A DNA stretch of 64,000 nt from a bacterium (GCA_020350725.1 CP070719.1:1418096-1482095), one strand, 5' to 3'; counted from the first letter of the stretch, positions 1 through 9,934 are shown. Program-made: numbers and translations. Notes: generated from the letters alone by a model not told the origin.

Positions 1-1355
1 TTGTCGGCGGCGCTCCTGCCCACCAGGATGACGAAACCCCGTCTCTCATACCGCCGGCCGGGGCCCTTTTCCCGGCCTGCACCCCCGGGAACCCTTGCCC
101 GGGTGGGGGGATCTCTCAGGGACGTGAGGGCCCGTGCGGCCTCCTGGTCACCGGCTTGAAGGGCAGACAAAGCCTCCTCCAGGGACAGGATCGACTCCAG
201 GAGGCTGTCCCGCCTGCCGTTGAGTTCGGTAAGTCCCCTTTTCATCCGCCTGGCTTCATCGAACAGTCTGCGGGCGTTTTCGGGGACGGATACAGATGGA
301 TCGACAGCGATGGCCAGTGTCTCGCCCGGCCGGTGGGGGTGAGGGAGTTCGATCCGCCTGTCACGGCGGCGAATCCGGTTCATGTGGTTCAGGAGGGATT
401 CTGCCCTGAACCGGACTGTCTCGTGGTCCAGGCATCGGGCGATCTCCTGTTCCACGGAGGCAAGCTCCCTCCTGGCCCGCTCCAGCGATCCAAGGACGGA
501 CAGTTCGAGATCATCCCGGGCATCCTCGATTCCAGCGGTTTGCAGGGTGTCCCGCCAGGCGAGGGCGGCGGAGGGGAAATCCGGGTATTCGTCGGCGGTG
601 ACATCCTCCAGTGCGCCCGCGTCGAACGGGACCAGGACCGGCCGGCCGTCGATGTATAGTATGGACCCCCGTGAACCGTCACAGGACCGGAGAACGGAAG
701 CGAGGACCTCGGAGATCGGTGCCCGGTCCCTCTCGGCCATCCGGAGGACGATCCTCGCCGTCATCGGGGACAGTCCTCTCACGGCGTCAAGGAGATTCCT
801 GTCAGGGTGGGGTCCGGGTATATCCTTGAGATCATCGGGCCCGACGGCCTCTATGGGAATGCCCCTCCTCTCGGGAGGGGGTGCCCATTCCTTCCCGGCG
901 ACCAGCGGCCTGACCCGGCTTTTGAAAGTGGGTACCGGCTTCATGGGAGCGATAATGCGGCCGTCACCGTCCGTCAGGACGAGGTTGCTGTGCCGTCCCA
1001 TGACCTCCAGGATCAAGGCGTTTTCAGCCCCCTCCTGCCGGGGCCATCCACCTGAGAAGACCATTCTCAGGACCCGGTCCCCGGGAATGGGAAAGGAGAG
1101 GTCCGTGAGGGTCGTTCCGGAAAGGTGGGTTGTCAGAATGTCCGCAAAAGAGGTGCGCTTTCCCGGGTCCGTTCCATCCCGCCGGGTGAGAAAGACACCC
1201 GGCCGTTCGGGATGGATGGAGAGGATAACGAGGGGTCCGCGCCCGAAGCGAAGAGCGACTTCGCTTCGGGCAAGCAGGCGTGCTTCGGCAAGTCGGGAAC
1301 CCTTTATGATGCTGGCGACGGCGGCTGCGGCCGCTCTCAGGGACAGATAGTCCAT
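1..1355 (-). CDS. rqcH: NFACT family protein (RqcH/FbpA-like ribosome quality-control factor), 3' end outside the window
   Basis: Absent from the ORF track because it runs off the edge. Manual translation from ATG at 1355: MDYLSLRAAAAAVASIIKGSRL...LILEVMGRHSNLVLTD (NFACT-N motif)...ENARRLFDEARRMKRG (coiled coil)...GFVILVGRSAADN (start of NFACT-R). Confidence 0.85.
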   Translation of the reverse strand, partial: MDYLSLRAAAAAVASIIKGSRLAEARLLARSEVALRFGRGPLVILSIHPERPGVFLTRRDGTDPGKRTSFADILTTHLSGTTLTDLSFPIPGDRVLRMVFSGGWPRQEGAENALILEVMGRHSNLVLTDGDGRIIAPMKPVPTFKSRVRPLVAGKEWAPPPERRGIPIEAVGPDDLKDIPGPHPDRNLLDAVRGLSPMTARIVLRMAERDRAPISEVLASVLRSCDGSRGSILYIDGRPVLVPFDAGALEDVTADEYPDFPSAALAWRDTLQTAGIEDARDDLELSVLGSLERARRELASVEQEIARCLDHETVRFRAESLLNHMNRIRRRDRRIELPHPHRPGETLAIAVDPSVSVPENARRLFDEARRMKRGLTELNGRRDSLLESILSLEEALSALQAGDQEAARALTSLRDPPTRARVPGGAGREKGPGRRYERRGFVILVGRSAAD

Positions 1356-1552
1356 TGCCTGAAAATACCATTTCCCGGGGCATTTTTCCCCAGTTTCTCG
1401 TTATCTGTTCCCCGTTCCCGTTAGCCATGGGTCTTTCGAATCATCGACCGGCCCATTTATAATGGTTTGATCCATTCCATTTTTCAAACCGGGCACCAGC
1501 CACGAGGCACCGGTAAAAATGCCGCGATTGAAGGCATTTTTGCCCTCTTCGC

Positions 1553-1580
1553 TTGACAAAAAAACGCCTGAAAGTATAGT
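1553..1580 (+). promoter_or_regulatory. sigma70-type promoter upstream of the multiheme cytochrome gene
   Basis: TTGACA (1553-1558), 16-nt spacer, TATAGT (1575-1580). Confidence 0.6.
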
Positions 1581-1729
1581 TTGACTAGTTTCTCGAAAGG
1601 CCGATCAGCCACCCTGGAGCAGGGGTGAGCCCTGGTGCGTTCCTGGCACAATTGAGGGGGGAAGAGCCGTCACCGGCAGGGATGATCGCGTGAGACGTCA
1701 CAGGAGTATCGAAATCTAGGAGGGAAGAG

Positions 1730-2197
1730 ATGAGAAGAGCCTTTATCCTGTTCACCGCAATGGCGGTCCTCTGCCTGCCCATGGTTGTCACGGCCGCCGG
1801 TCCCCACGACAACAACTGCACGGATTGTCACAGTATTCACGATACCAAAGCGGACCCCGCCTTTGGAGTGGAACCGAACACGTCGGAAAAATACAGGCAT
1901 TCCGGCGCTCCGGCGGTAGGCATCGATTCCCTTTGCCTGGGATGCCACAACGAGGATGAGGGGATCGCGCCGATCCACTTCATGAAGAGCCATCCGGTGG
2001 GATTGAAGCCTGTCAAGGCTACCGTGCCCGCCGAGCTGCTGAACGATCAAGGCCTGCTGAGCTGCGCCAGCTGCCACGACCCCCACCCCTCCAACCCCAA
2101 TGCGAAATATCTGCGGGTCGCCACCGACGGCGGAAGGGCCCTTGGGCGTTTCTGCGCTCTCTGTCACGAGGCAATGGTCGACAAGAGTGAGCTATAG
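1730..2197 (+). CDS. periplasmic tetraheme cytochrome c (cytochrome c3 / doubled-CXXCH family)
   Basis: Signal peptide; four CXXCH motifs (CTDCH, CLGCH, CASCHDPH, CALCH); SHPVG motif; RBS AGGAGGG. Confidence 0.88.
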   Translation: MRRAFILFTAMAVLCLPMVVTAAGPHDNNCTDCHSIHDTKADPAFGVEPNTSEKYRHSGAPAVGIDSLCLGCHNEDEGIAPIHFMKSHPVGLKPVKATVPAELLNDQGLLSCASCHDPHPSNPNAKYLRVATDGGRALGRFCALCHEAMVDKSEL

Positions 2198-2216
2198 CAG
2201 CCCTCCCGGATTTCGA

Positions 2217-2675
2217 GTGGCCCTGGCGGCGGACCATGCCGGATACCCCCTCAAGGAGGCGATCCGGGAGCACCTCCTCAACCGGGGTGTCCGGACGGTT
2301 GACCTGGGGACAAACTCGACGGAGTCCGTGGACTATCCGGACTTTGCCCGGCGGATCGTGGTCGCTGTCCTCGAGGGGGAAGCGGAGCGGGGCATTTTGA
2401 TCTGCGGTACGGGGGTCGGAATGGCCATGGCGGCCAACCGGCAAAGGGGTATCAGGGCTGCCCTGTGCCACGATCATTTCACGGCCTCCGCCGCCCGGCG
2501 CCACAATAACGCCAACGTCCTTGTTCTGGGCGGGAGGATCCTCGGCCGCGACCTGGCCATGGAGATCGTAGATACGTGGCTGGACACCCCATTCGAGGGT
2601 GGGAGGCATGAGAGCCGGCTGGAAAAAATGGACGAATACCAGGTGAGGGTAGAAAGGAGGAAGGGGAAAGGCTGA
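2217..2675 (+). CDS. rpiB: ribose-5-phosphate isomerase B
   Basis: ADHAG, DYPDFA, GILICGTGVGM, HNNANVL and FEGGRH motifs. Start placed at GTG 2217; the track's 2100 start overlaps the cytochrome gene. Confidence 0.92.
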   Translation: MALAADHAGYPLKEAIREHLLNRGVRTVDLGTNSTESVDYPDFARRIVVAVLEGEAERGILICGTGVGMAMAANRQRGIRAALCHDHFTASAARRHNNANVLVLGGRILGRDLAMEIVDTWLDTPFEGGRHESRLEKMDEYQVRVERRKGKG

Positions 2676-2757
2676 ATCACCTATGCCCTTCCCCGGCTTT
2701 CCCTTTTCCCCTCGACATCCCATCTTTAACCTGTTCAAGCCTTAAAGGAGTAACATC

Positions 2758-4005
2758 TTGTCCCTGAAAGAATTCGATCCCGAGATCTATCAGGCCATCC
2801 TCAATGAGACGGCGAGGGAGGAGCATCAGCTCGAGCTCATTGCATCTGAGAACTATGCCAGCGATGCCGTCCTGGAGGCTCAGGGATGCCTGATGACCAA
2901 CAAGTACGCGGAAGGGTATCCCCACAAGCGCTATTACGGCGGATGCGAGTTCGTTGACGTTGCGGAGGATCTGGCCATTGACCGCGCCAAGCAGCTGTTC
3001 GGCGCCGATTACGTCAACGTACAGCCTCACTCGGGGGCCCAGGCCAACATGGCCGTCTATTTCGCCGTCATGGAGCCTGGAGACACGATAATGGGAATGG
3101 ATCTCTCCCACGGAGGTCACCTGACCCACGGCAGTCCGGTCAATTTCTCCGGCTTCCTGTACAAGGTCGTCTCATACGGAGTCCGGGAGGACGACCAGCG
3201 CATCGACTTCGATCAGGTCCGCGAAGTAGCAAAAAAGAACAGGCCCAAAATGGTCATCGCCGGCGCCTCCGCCTACCCGAGAATAATCGATTTCCAGCCC
3301 TTCCGGGAGATATGCGACGAGATCGGGGCCGTTTTCGTGGTGGACATGGCCCACATCGCCGGCCTCGTGGCGGCAGGAGAACATCCCAACCCGGTCCCGT
3401 ATGCCGACATCGTGACCACCACCACGCATAAGACCCTGAGAGGCCCTCGAGGGGGCATGATCCTCTCCACGGAAGCCTTCGCCAAGGTACTCGCCAGCCG
3501 CGTCTTCCCCGGATCTCAGGGCGGGCCCCTCATGCACATTATCGCCGCCAAGGCTGTGGCCTTCAAGGAGGCTTTGGCCCCGGAGTTCGCAGACTATCAG
3601 AGACAGATCGTGGCCAACGCCAAAGCGCTGGCTTCCGAACTCGTTCAGCAGGGATTCAGGCTTGTTTCCGGCGGGACGGACAACCACCTCATGCTTGTGG
3701 ATCTTCGGGAAGAGGATTTCACCGGCAAGGACGCCGAGGAGACGCTCGACCGGGCAGGCATCACAGTCAACAAGAATACAATTCCCTTTGAGACCAGGAG
3801 CCCCTTTATCACAAGCGGTTTTCGCATCGGCACACCCGCGGTGACCACCAGGGGGATGACGGAGCCGGAGATGATCCAGATCGCCCGCTGGATCAGCGAC
3901 AGTCTCCGCAGGAGGGACGACGGGGCTTTTCTGGCTAAGATCAAAGCCCAGGTGAAGGAACTCTGCACGGGCTTCCCTTTCTATGCCTCCAGGCTGAACG
4001 GATAG
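2758..4005 (+). CDS. glyA: serine hydroxymethyltransferase
   Basis: [30 protein letters not shown] and [14 protein letters not shown] motifs. Confidence 0.98.
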   Translation: MSLKEFDPEIYQAILNETAREEHQLELIASENYASDAVLEAQGCLMTNKYAEGYPHKRYYGGCEFVDVAEDLAIDRAKQLFGADYVNVQPHSGAQANMAVYFAVMEPGDTIMGMDLSHGGHLTHGSPVNFSGFLYKVVSYGVREDDQRIDFDQVREVAKKNRPKMVIAGASAYPRIIDFQPFREICDEIGAVFVVDMAHIAGLVAAGEHPNPVPYADIVTTTTHKTLRGPRGGMILSTEAFAKVLASRVFPGSQGGPLMHIIAAKAVAFKEALAPEFADYQRQIVANAKALASELVQQGFRLVSGGTDNHLMLVDLREEDFTGKDAEETLDRAGITVNKNTIPFETRSPFITSGFRIGTPAVTTRGMTEPEMIQIARWISDSLRRRDDGAFLAKIKAQVKELCTGFPFYASRLNG

Positions 4006-4013
4006 GGCAGCGG

Positions 4014-4484
4014 GTGGTTGAAAAAGCTCACACGAGGCCCTCGTGGGACGATTACTTCATGCAGATCGTCCAGCTTGTGGCTACACGATCCACCTGCCTG
4101 AGACGGCAGGTGGGGGCCGCTTTTGTAAAAGACAAGAACATTCTGGCAACCGGATACAACGGGGCGCCCTCCGGGATCCCCCACTGTTCGGAGGTGGGGT
4201 GCCTGAGGGAGGACCTGGGCATTCCCTCCGGGGAGAGACACGAGATTTGCAGGGGCCTCCATGCCGAACAGAACGGGATCATCCAGGCGGCAAGGCATGG
4301 AATTAATCTGTCCGGTTCCACCGTTTACACGACGGACAGCCCCTGTATCATCTGCGCCAAGATGCTCATCAACGTAGGCGTGAAGAGGCTGGTGTGCCGC
4401 CAGGGTTATCCTGACCAGCTCTCCGCGGACATGCTGGCCCAGGCCGGGCTCGTGCTGGAATTCCTAGGGGGAGAGAACGAGTGA
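4014..4484 (+). CDS. deoxycytidylate (dCMP) deaminase family protein
   Basis: [32 protein letters not shown] and PCIICAK zinc-deaminase motifs. Confidence 0.92.
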   Translation: MVEKAHTRPSWDDYFMQIVQLVATRSTCLRRQVGAAFVKDKNILATGYNGAPSGIPHCSEVGCLREDLGIPSGERHEICRGLHAEQNGIIQAARHGINLSGSTVYTTDSPCIICAKMLINVGVKRLVCRQGYPDQLSADMLAQAGLVLEFLGGENE

Positions 4485-4966
4485 AATGTCCCTTCTGCGG
4501 TGATTTCGACAACAAGGTTGTCGATTCCCGCCTGAGCGGCGAAAGCGACGTGATCCGACGGCGGCGGGAATGTCTGGAGTGCGGCAGACGCTTTACCACC
4601 TATGAGAGGGTGGAGGACATCCTCCCCATGGTCATCAAGAAGGACGGCCGAAGGGAGCCCTTCGACAGGAACAAGATCCTGACGGGCATCAAGACCGCCT
4701 GCCAGAAACGACCCGTCAGCGTCGAGGCCCTCGAGGAGATCGTCGACAGCGTGGAGAAAAAAATGCAGGAGGACGGGGAGAAGGAGATCAAGAGCAGCAC
4801 TATCGGTGAGACGGTGATGCAGGAGCTCCACGACCTGGACGAGATCGCCTACGTGCGGTTCGCCTCGGTTTACAGGAGTTTCAAGGATATCAACGAATTC
4901 ATGGACGAGCTCAAGGATCTCCTGAACGGGCAGGAGACACAGATCCTGAAGGGAAAGAAGAAATAG
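4481..4966 (+). CDS. nrdR: transcriptional repressor NrdR
   Basis: CPFC...[17 protein letters not shown] zinc ribbon, ATP cone, AYVRFASVY. Confidence 0.97.
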   Translation: MKCPFCGDFDNKVVDSRLSGESDVIRRRRECLECGRRFTTYERVEDILPMVIKKDGRREPFDRNKILTGIKTACQKRPVSVEALEEIVDSVEKKMQEDGEKEIKSSTIGETVMQELHDLDEIAYVRFASVYRSFKDINEFMDELKDLLNGQETQILKGKKK

Positions 4967-5158
4967 AACGGGGACGGGAGGACATAACGCGGGATCATTG
5001 GCCATTGGATACGGCATCACCGGGCATCGGACAGATGAGAATCGGGTAAACGGCTCCGGATGCGCATCATGAAGCCCTTTTCCCCCTCTCTGATCTCCGA
5101 CGTCCGATCTCTGATGTCTAGACTCTGATCTGTCAAGATACTATTCGGGAGCTGCGTT

Positions 5159-6469
5159 TTGAAAAGAATGTTCAAAGGGGGAGTACACCCCCACGACCAC
5201 AAGGTGACCAGGGAGGCGGCCATTGCCGAGATACCGATGCCGGGCGAGATCCGGCTCAGCCTTTCCCAGCACATCGGTGCCCCTGCCTCCCCCATCGTCG
5301 CCGCCGGGGATCGGGTACTGAAGTACCAGACCGTGGCGGCCATATCCGGTTACGTCAGCGCTCCGATCCATGCACCCACATCCGGCATCGTAAAGGGGAT
5401 CGAGCCGTCCCTCCACCCGACGGGCCGGTTTATCCCGGCGATCATCATCGAGCCCGACGGGGAAGATGAAGCCATGGACACGCTCCCGAACGCCGACCCC
5501 GAGTATGCCCGGGGGGCGGAAACCTGGAAGGAGATGGTCCGTGACGCAGGGATCGTAGGCATGGGAGGGGCCGCCTTTCCCACCCATGTCAAGCTGAATC
5601 CCCCCGAGGACAAGCCCATCGATATGGTCGTCGCCAACGGTGTGGAATGCGAACCCTTCCTCACAGCCGATCACCGGTTGATGCTGGAGGCGCCCGATTC
5701 CATCCTCAGCGGTCTCCGCCTCGCCATGGAGATGGTGGGAGCCAAAAGAGCCGTCGTAGGGATCGAGGCCAACAAGCCGGATGCGGTGGAGAGGATGGTA
5801 AACGCGGATCTCCCTGAAGGGTTCGAGGTGTCCGTCCTGCCTGTCATGTATCCTCAGGGTGCGGAAAAGCAGTTGATATACGCTCTCACCGGCCGCGAGG
5901 TGCCATCGGGGGGGCTGCCCATGGACGTGGGGGTCGTTGTTCAGAACGTCGGCACACTGGCGGCTATTCACGAGGCGGTTACATTCGGCCGTCCGTTCGT
6001 CGAACGGGTCATGACACTGGGTGGAACCCTCCCCAATGGTCCGGGCAACTACCGGGTCCCGGTCGGCACACCCCTTTCCCACATCGTTGAGAGCACGGGG
6101 GGCGTGGCCGGCCCGGCGGCGAGGATCATCAACGGAGGTCCCATGATGGGAACCGCCCTTTCCGGTCTTGAGAGCACCGTGACCAAAGGGACGAGCGGTC
6201 TGCTTCTTTTCGGGCCCGGTGACTTCAGGGAACTGCGACCCAGGGCGTGCGTCAGATGCGGTGCGTGCGTCCGAGGATGCCCGGCCTCCCTCATGCCCCA
6301 CACCCTCGGGAATATGGTGGAATGGGATCTCTTCGACGGCCTGACCGAGTTCAACATCAACGATTGTATTGAGTGCGGCTGCTGCACATACGTCTGCCCC
6401 GCCGACCGGAATCTCGTGCAGTGGATCCGGCAGGGCAAGGCCGAACTGGTTGCAAGGAGCAGGAACTGA
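5159..6469 (+). CDS. rnfC: Rnf/Rsx electron transport complex subunit C
   Basis: FKGGVHP, QHIGAPA, GIVGMGGAAFPTHVK, NGVECEPFLTADHRLM, YPQGAEKQL and two 4Fe-4S clusters (CVRCGACVRGCP, CIECGCCTYVCP). Confidence 0.96.
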   Translation: MKRMFKGGVHPHDHKVTREAAIAEIPMPGEIRLSLSQHIGAPASPIVAAGDRVLKYQTVAAISGYVSAPIHAPTSGIVKGIEPSLHPTGRFIPAIIIEPDGEDEAMDTLPNADPEYARGAETWKEMVRDAGIVGMGGAAFPTHVKLNPPEDKPIDMVVANGVECEPFLTADHRLMLEAPDSILSGLRLAMEMVGAKRAVVGIEANKPDAVERMVNADLPEGFEVSVLPVMYPQGAEKQLIYALTGREVPSGGLPMDVGVVVQNVGTLAAIHEAVTFGRPFVERVMTLGGTLPNGPGNYRVPVGTPLSHIVESTGGVAGPAARIINGGPMMGTALSGLESTVTKGTSGLLLFGPGDFRELRPRACVRCGACVRGCPASLMPHTLGNMVEWDLFDGLTEFNINDCIECGCCTYVCPADRNLVQWIRQGKAELVARSRN

Positions 6470-7467
6470 TGACGACGGTTGTCCTAACACCCTCACCCCA
6501 TCTCAGGTCGCCCCAGACCATCGAGAGGGCCATGTACGCCGTTATCCTGGCGCTCCTGCCGGGTACGGCGGTCGGTGTCTATTACTTCGGCGTCAACGCT
6601 ATCCGGGTTTTCCTTCTGTCGATCGTAGGGTGTCTCGTCCTCGAGGGACTGGCTCTGAAGATCCGTGGGAGAGGTCTCGAGGCGCTGAAGGACGGCAGTG
6701 CCGCCCTCACCGGTCTTCTCCTGGCCATGAACCTGCCATCGTCCACCCCCGGCTGGATGGTCCTCGTTGGGGCGATCGTTGCCGTGCTCCTGGGCAAACA
6801 GGTCTTCGGAGGGCTGGGGTACAATCCCTTCAATCCCGCCCTGGTGGCAAGGGTGTTTCTCCTGATCAGCTTTCCGGTGGCCCTGACGAGCTGGCCTGAA
6901 CCAAGGGCATTTCCCCTCTCGCTGGACACGGTGACCAAGGCCACGCCCCTGGGCGAGATGAAGACCAACCTCCTGATGACCGGAACCATCGGTGACATAG
7001 CCAACTATGGCCTCATGGACCCCCTCCTGGGCAGGATGGGGGGCAGCATAGGAGAGATATCGGCCGCGGCTCTGCTGATCGGAGGGATCTATCTCCTGTG
7101 GAGAGGGATCATTACCTGGCATATCCCGGTCAGCTACCTGGCCACCGTCTTTGCCCTAACGGGCGCCTACTGGGTGTATAATCCGGAGAGGTTCGCCTCA
7201 CCCGTGTTCCATATGGTGACCGGTGGACTCATGCTGGGTGCCTTTTTCATGGCGACCGACTACGTCACCAGTCCGGTCACGGCCAAGGGGATGATCGTCT
7301 TCGGTGTCGGGTGCGGTCTGATCACGGTCTTTATCCGGCTGTTCGGAGGGTACCCCGAAGGGGTGTCCTTCGCCATTCTACTCATGAACGCGGCCACGCC
7401 CATCATCGATCGCTACACCCGGACACGGGTCTTCGGGACCGTGACCGGAAAGGAGGCCAGGACATGA
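6469..7467 (+). CDS. rnfD: Rnf complex subunit D
   Basis: SPHLRS, KQVFGGLGYNPFNPALVAR, D.VTKATPL (FMN-Thr), GEISA and FFMATDYVTSP; ATG overlaps the rnfC stop. Confidence 0.95.
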   Translation: MTTVVLTPSPHLRSPQTIERAMYAVILALLPGTAVGVYYFGVNAIRVFLLSIVGCLVLEGLALKIRGRGLEALKDGSAALTGLLLAMNLPSSTPGWMVLVGAIVAVLLGKQVFGGLGYNPFNPALVARVFLLISFPVALTSWPEPRAFPLSLDTVTKATPLGEMKTNLLMTGTIGDIANYGLMDPLLGRMGGSIGEISAAALLIGGIYLLWRGIITWHIPVSYLATVFALTGAYWVYNPERFASPVFHMVTGGLMLGAFFMATDYVTSPVTAKGMIVFGVGCGLITVFIRLFGGYPEGVSFAILLMNAATPIIDRYTRTRVFGTVTGKEART

Positions 7468-8054
7468 TGAAGGGAATCGGCCGGCTCATCCTGGTTCTGG
7501 CTGTCATCTGCGCGGGAGCGGCATTTGCCCTCTCCCTGGTCTTTGCCGTAACCAAGGAGCCCATCGCCTACCAGAAGAAGCTGGAAGTCATCCGGTCCCT
7601 GCAGGCAGTCCTGCCCGGTTTGGCCATCGACCCGGACAGGGATTTCATTGACGTTCCCAGGGAGGAGGGCGAGGCGCTTCGGATCTTCCGGTCGCCGAGC
7701 GATGACGGTATCGCCGGTGTGGCGTTCGAGGTGATAGCGCCTGACGGATACAGCGGAAATATCTACATCATGATGGGCGTTTTCCCCGACGGGACCCTGG
7801 GCGGAATAGAGATCCTCAGCCACGCCGAGACCCCCGGTCTGGGATCTCTCATCACCGAGGAGGAGTGGAAGTCGATCTTCAAGGGACGGTCTCTTGCAAA
7901 CACGAACTTCAAGGTGAAGAAGGACGGCGGAGACATCGACCAGATCACCGGGGCCACCATATCGCCCCGCGCCATTGCCGGAGCCGTCGAGAAGGGACTG
8001 AGGTGGTTCGAGGCTAACCGGGACACCGTCCTGGCTGCCGGGGAGGGAGCCTGA
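7464..8054 (+). CDS. rnfG: Rnf complex subunit G
   Basis: N-terminal TM anchor, GYSGNI, HAETPGLG and IDQITGATISPRA (FMN-binding Thr). Confidence 0.94.
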   Translation: MMKGIGRLILVLAVICAGAAFALSLVFAVTKEPIAYQKKLEVIRSLQAVLPGLAIDPDRDFIDVPREEGEALRIFRSPSDDGIAGVAFEVIAPDGYSGNIYIMMGVFPDGTLGGIEILSHAETPGLGSLITEEEWKSIFKGRSLANTNFKVKKDGGDIDQITGATISPRAIAGAVEKGLRWFEANRDTVLAAGEGA

Positions 8055-8650
8055 TGAGCGGATACGGACATGAATTCAACAAAGGGATCTGGCTGGAGAA
8101 TCCCGTCTTCAAGATGGCCCTCGGCCTGTGTCCGGCACTGGCCGTTACCAACAGCGTGATCAACGGCGTCGCCATGGGGCTGGCCTCCACCTTCGTGCTC
8201 GTATGTTCCAATACCGTGGTGGCGACCCTGCGGAACGTGATTCCGAGCAAAGTCCGCATCCCGTCCTTTATCATCGTCATCGCCTCCTTTGTCACCATCG
8301 TGGACCTGACGATGAACGCCTATGCCCACCAGATGCACAAGACGCTGGGCCTGTTCATACCCCTTATCGTGGTCAATTGCCTCATCCTGGGACGTTCGGA
8401 GGCCTTCGCTTCACGCCATCCCATTCTCCGGTCCATCGTTGACGGACTCGGGATGGGGGTCGGCTTCACGCTGGCCCTGGCTGTCATCGGGGCCGCCCGC
8501 GAGATACTGGGAAACGGAACCCTTCTCGGCTACCATGTCATGGGCTCGGATTACACCGACATGCTCGTCATGATCCTGCCCCCCGGAGCCTTCCTTGCCA
8601 TGGGTGTTCTGCTCGGTATTTTCAACGCCATCGACCGGGTCCGGTCGTAG
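8054..8650 (+). CDS. rnfE: Rnf complex subunit E
   Basis: ENPVF..LGLCPALAVT, VRIPSFIIVIA, LFIPLIVVNCLILGR and ILPPGAF motifs. Confidence 0.94.
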   Translation: MSGYGHEFNKGIWLENPVFKMALGLCPALAVTNSVINGVAMGLASTFVLVCSNTVVATLRNVIPSKVRIPSFIIVIASFVTIVDLTMNAYAHQMHKTLGLFIPLIVVNCLILGRSEAFASRHPILRSIVDGLGMGVGFTLALAVIGAAREILGNGTLLGYHVMGSDYTDMLVMILPPGAFLAMGVLLGIFNAIDRVRS

Positions 8651-8801
8651 GCCGAGTGTTGCAATTTGGACACAACATGTGGTCATTCCGCCACGGATCT
8701 TGCCCGTTGTACCGGCCGAACTCCGTCACAAGCGTCCTTTATGTCATTGTAAATACCTGTAATATAACGAAAAAAAAGGATTGATCCGGTCTCGTTACCT
8801 C

Positions 8802-8817
8802 TGGCACGCATGTTGCC
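8802..8817 (+). promoter_or_regulatory. putative sigma54 (-24/-12) promoter for lpxC
   Basis: TGGCAC-GCATG-TTGC matches TGGCAC-N5-TTGC (GG-N10-GC); a TGT-N10-ACA element lies at 8657-8672. Confidence 0.45.
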
Positions 8818-8832
8818 AAAGGTAACCTCGGT

Positions 8833-9771
8833 ATGAAGGATCTCGTGGAGCAGAAGACCCTCATGGGGAGCATGGAGTTTGCCGGGACGGCTCTGCACAC
8901 CGGAGCGGATACGTCCGTGCGGGTCATTCCCGGAGCCCCTGATTCAGGGTATCGATTCCGGCGGCTCGACGTGCCCGGGGCCCCCGAGGTCGAGGCCAGC
9001 GTTCACAATATCAGCGATACTCTTCTCGCCACCAGCCTGGGCTTGAACGGAACCTCCGTCAAGACGGTGGAGCATATTCTCTCCGCAATGGCAGGGTCCG
9101 GAGTCGACAACGCCGTCATCGAGGTGGACGGTGACGAGATCCCCATAATGGACGGGAGCGCCGCTCCCTTCGTGCAGGGCATCGAGATCGTAGGCCTCGC
9201 GGGCCAGGGCGTTCCCAAGAGGATGTTACGGATCAAGGAGGAGATCGTCGCCGGCAATGGAGACGCCAGCGCCGCCCTCAGCCCTTCGGACTTCTTCAGG
9301 ATCTCCTTCAGGATCGCATTCGATCACCCTGCAGTGGGCGTTCAGGAGCTTGATTTTCTGTACTCCCCCGAAGCCTACAGGAGGGATATCGCCTTCGCCC
9401 GGACCTTTGGTTTCTATCGGGATGTGGAGAGGCTCCAGGAAAAGGGTCTCGCCCTTGGCGGTTCCTTCGACAATGCTGTCGTTGTGGGGGATGAGGGTGT
9501 GATGAATGAGGGAGGGCTGAGGGCGCCCGACGAGTTCGTCCGGCACAAGATCCTCGACACCATCGGTGACCTCTCCCTTCTGGGAATTCCCATCCTCGGG
9601 CATTACCAGGGACACAAGGCGGGGCACGCGGTAAATCGCCTCCTCATGCAGGAGGTCCTCCAGCACCCCGAACGGTGGGAACTGGTGTGCCTGGAAGAAA
9701 TTGCTCAGGAAAAGGTTGTCCTCCATCCCATTGGGAAGATGGTGGAAATCGGGGTTTCGGCAACCCTCTGA
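8833..9771 (+). CDS. lpxC: UDP-3-O-acyl-N-acetylglucosamine deacetylase
   Basis: QKTL, LHTG, TVEHILSA, EIPIMDGSA, ARTFGF, HKILDTIGDL and KAGH motifs. Alternative start GTG 8845. Confidence 0.96.
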   Translation: MKDLVEQKTLMGSMEFAGTALHTGADTSVRVIPGAPDSGYRFRRLDVPGAPEVEASVHNISDTLLATSLGLNGTSVKTVEHILSAMAGSGVDNAVIEVDGDEIPIMDGSAAPFVQGIEIVGLAGQGVPKRMLRIKEEIVAGNGDASAALSPSDFFRISFRIAFDHPAVGVQELDFLYSPEAYRRDIAFARTFGFYRDVERLQEKGLALGGSFDNAVVVGDEGVMNEGGLRAPDEFVRHKILDTIGDLSLLGIPILGHYQGHKAGHAVNRLLMQEVLQHPERWELVCLEEIAQEKVVLHPIGKMVEIGVSATL

Positions 9772-9798
9772 CAACCGTTCCCGGATATGTTTCAGCAG

Positions 9799-9823
9799 AG
9801 CCGGTTCACTCCGGCTTTTTTTT
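9799..9823 (+). terminator. intrinsic terminator after lpxC
   Basis: AGCCGG-TTCACT-CCGGCT hairpin followed by a T run. Confidence 0.8.
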
Positions 9824-9934
9824 GTCGGGGACATTAACCGGGAGAACGCGACCTGACTCCCGGATACCGCATTCCTGAATCCCTTCTCCCATCTCCACCT
9901 TGATCATCCCCTTCAACTCCGCTTAAATATCCGT

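Noticed and set aside
5141-6496. Long antisense ORFs (e.g. 5141..6496, 13297..14304, 36449..37903, 40598..41944, 41830..43089, 55359..56546)
   Set aside because: They are shadows of GC-rich sense genes and have no recognisable motifs.
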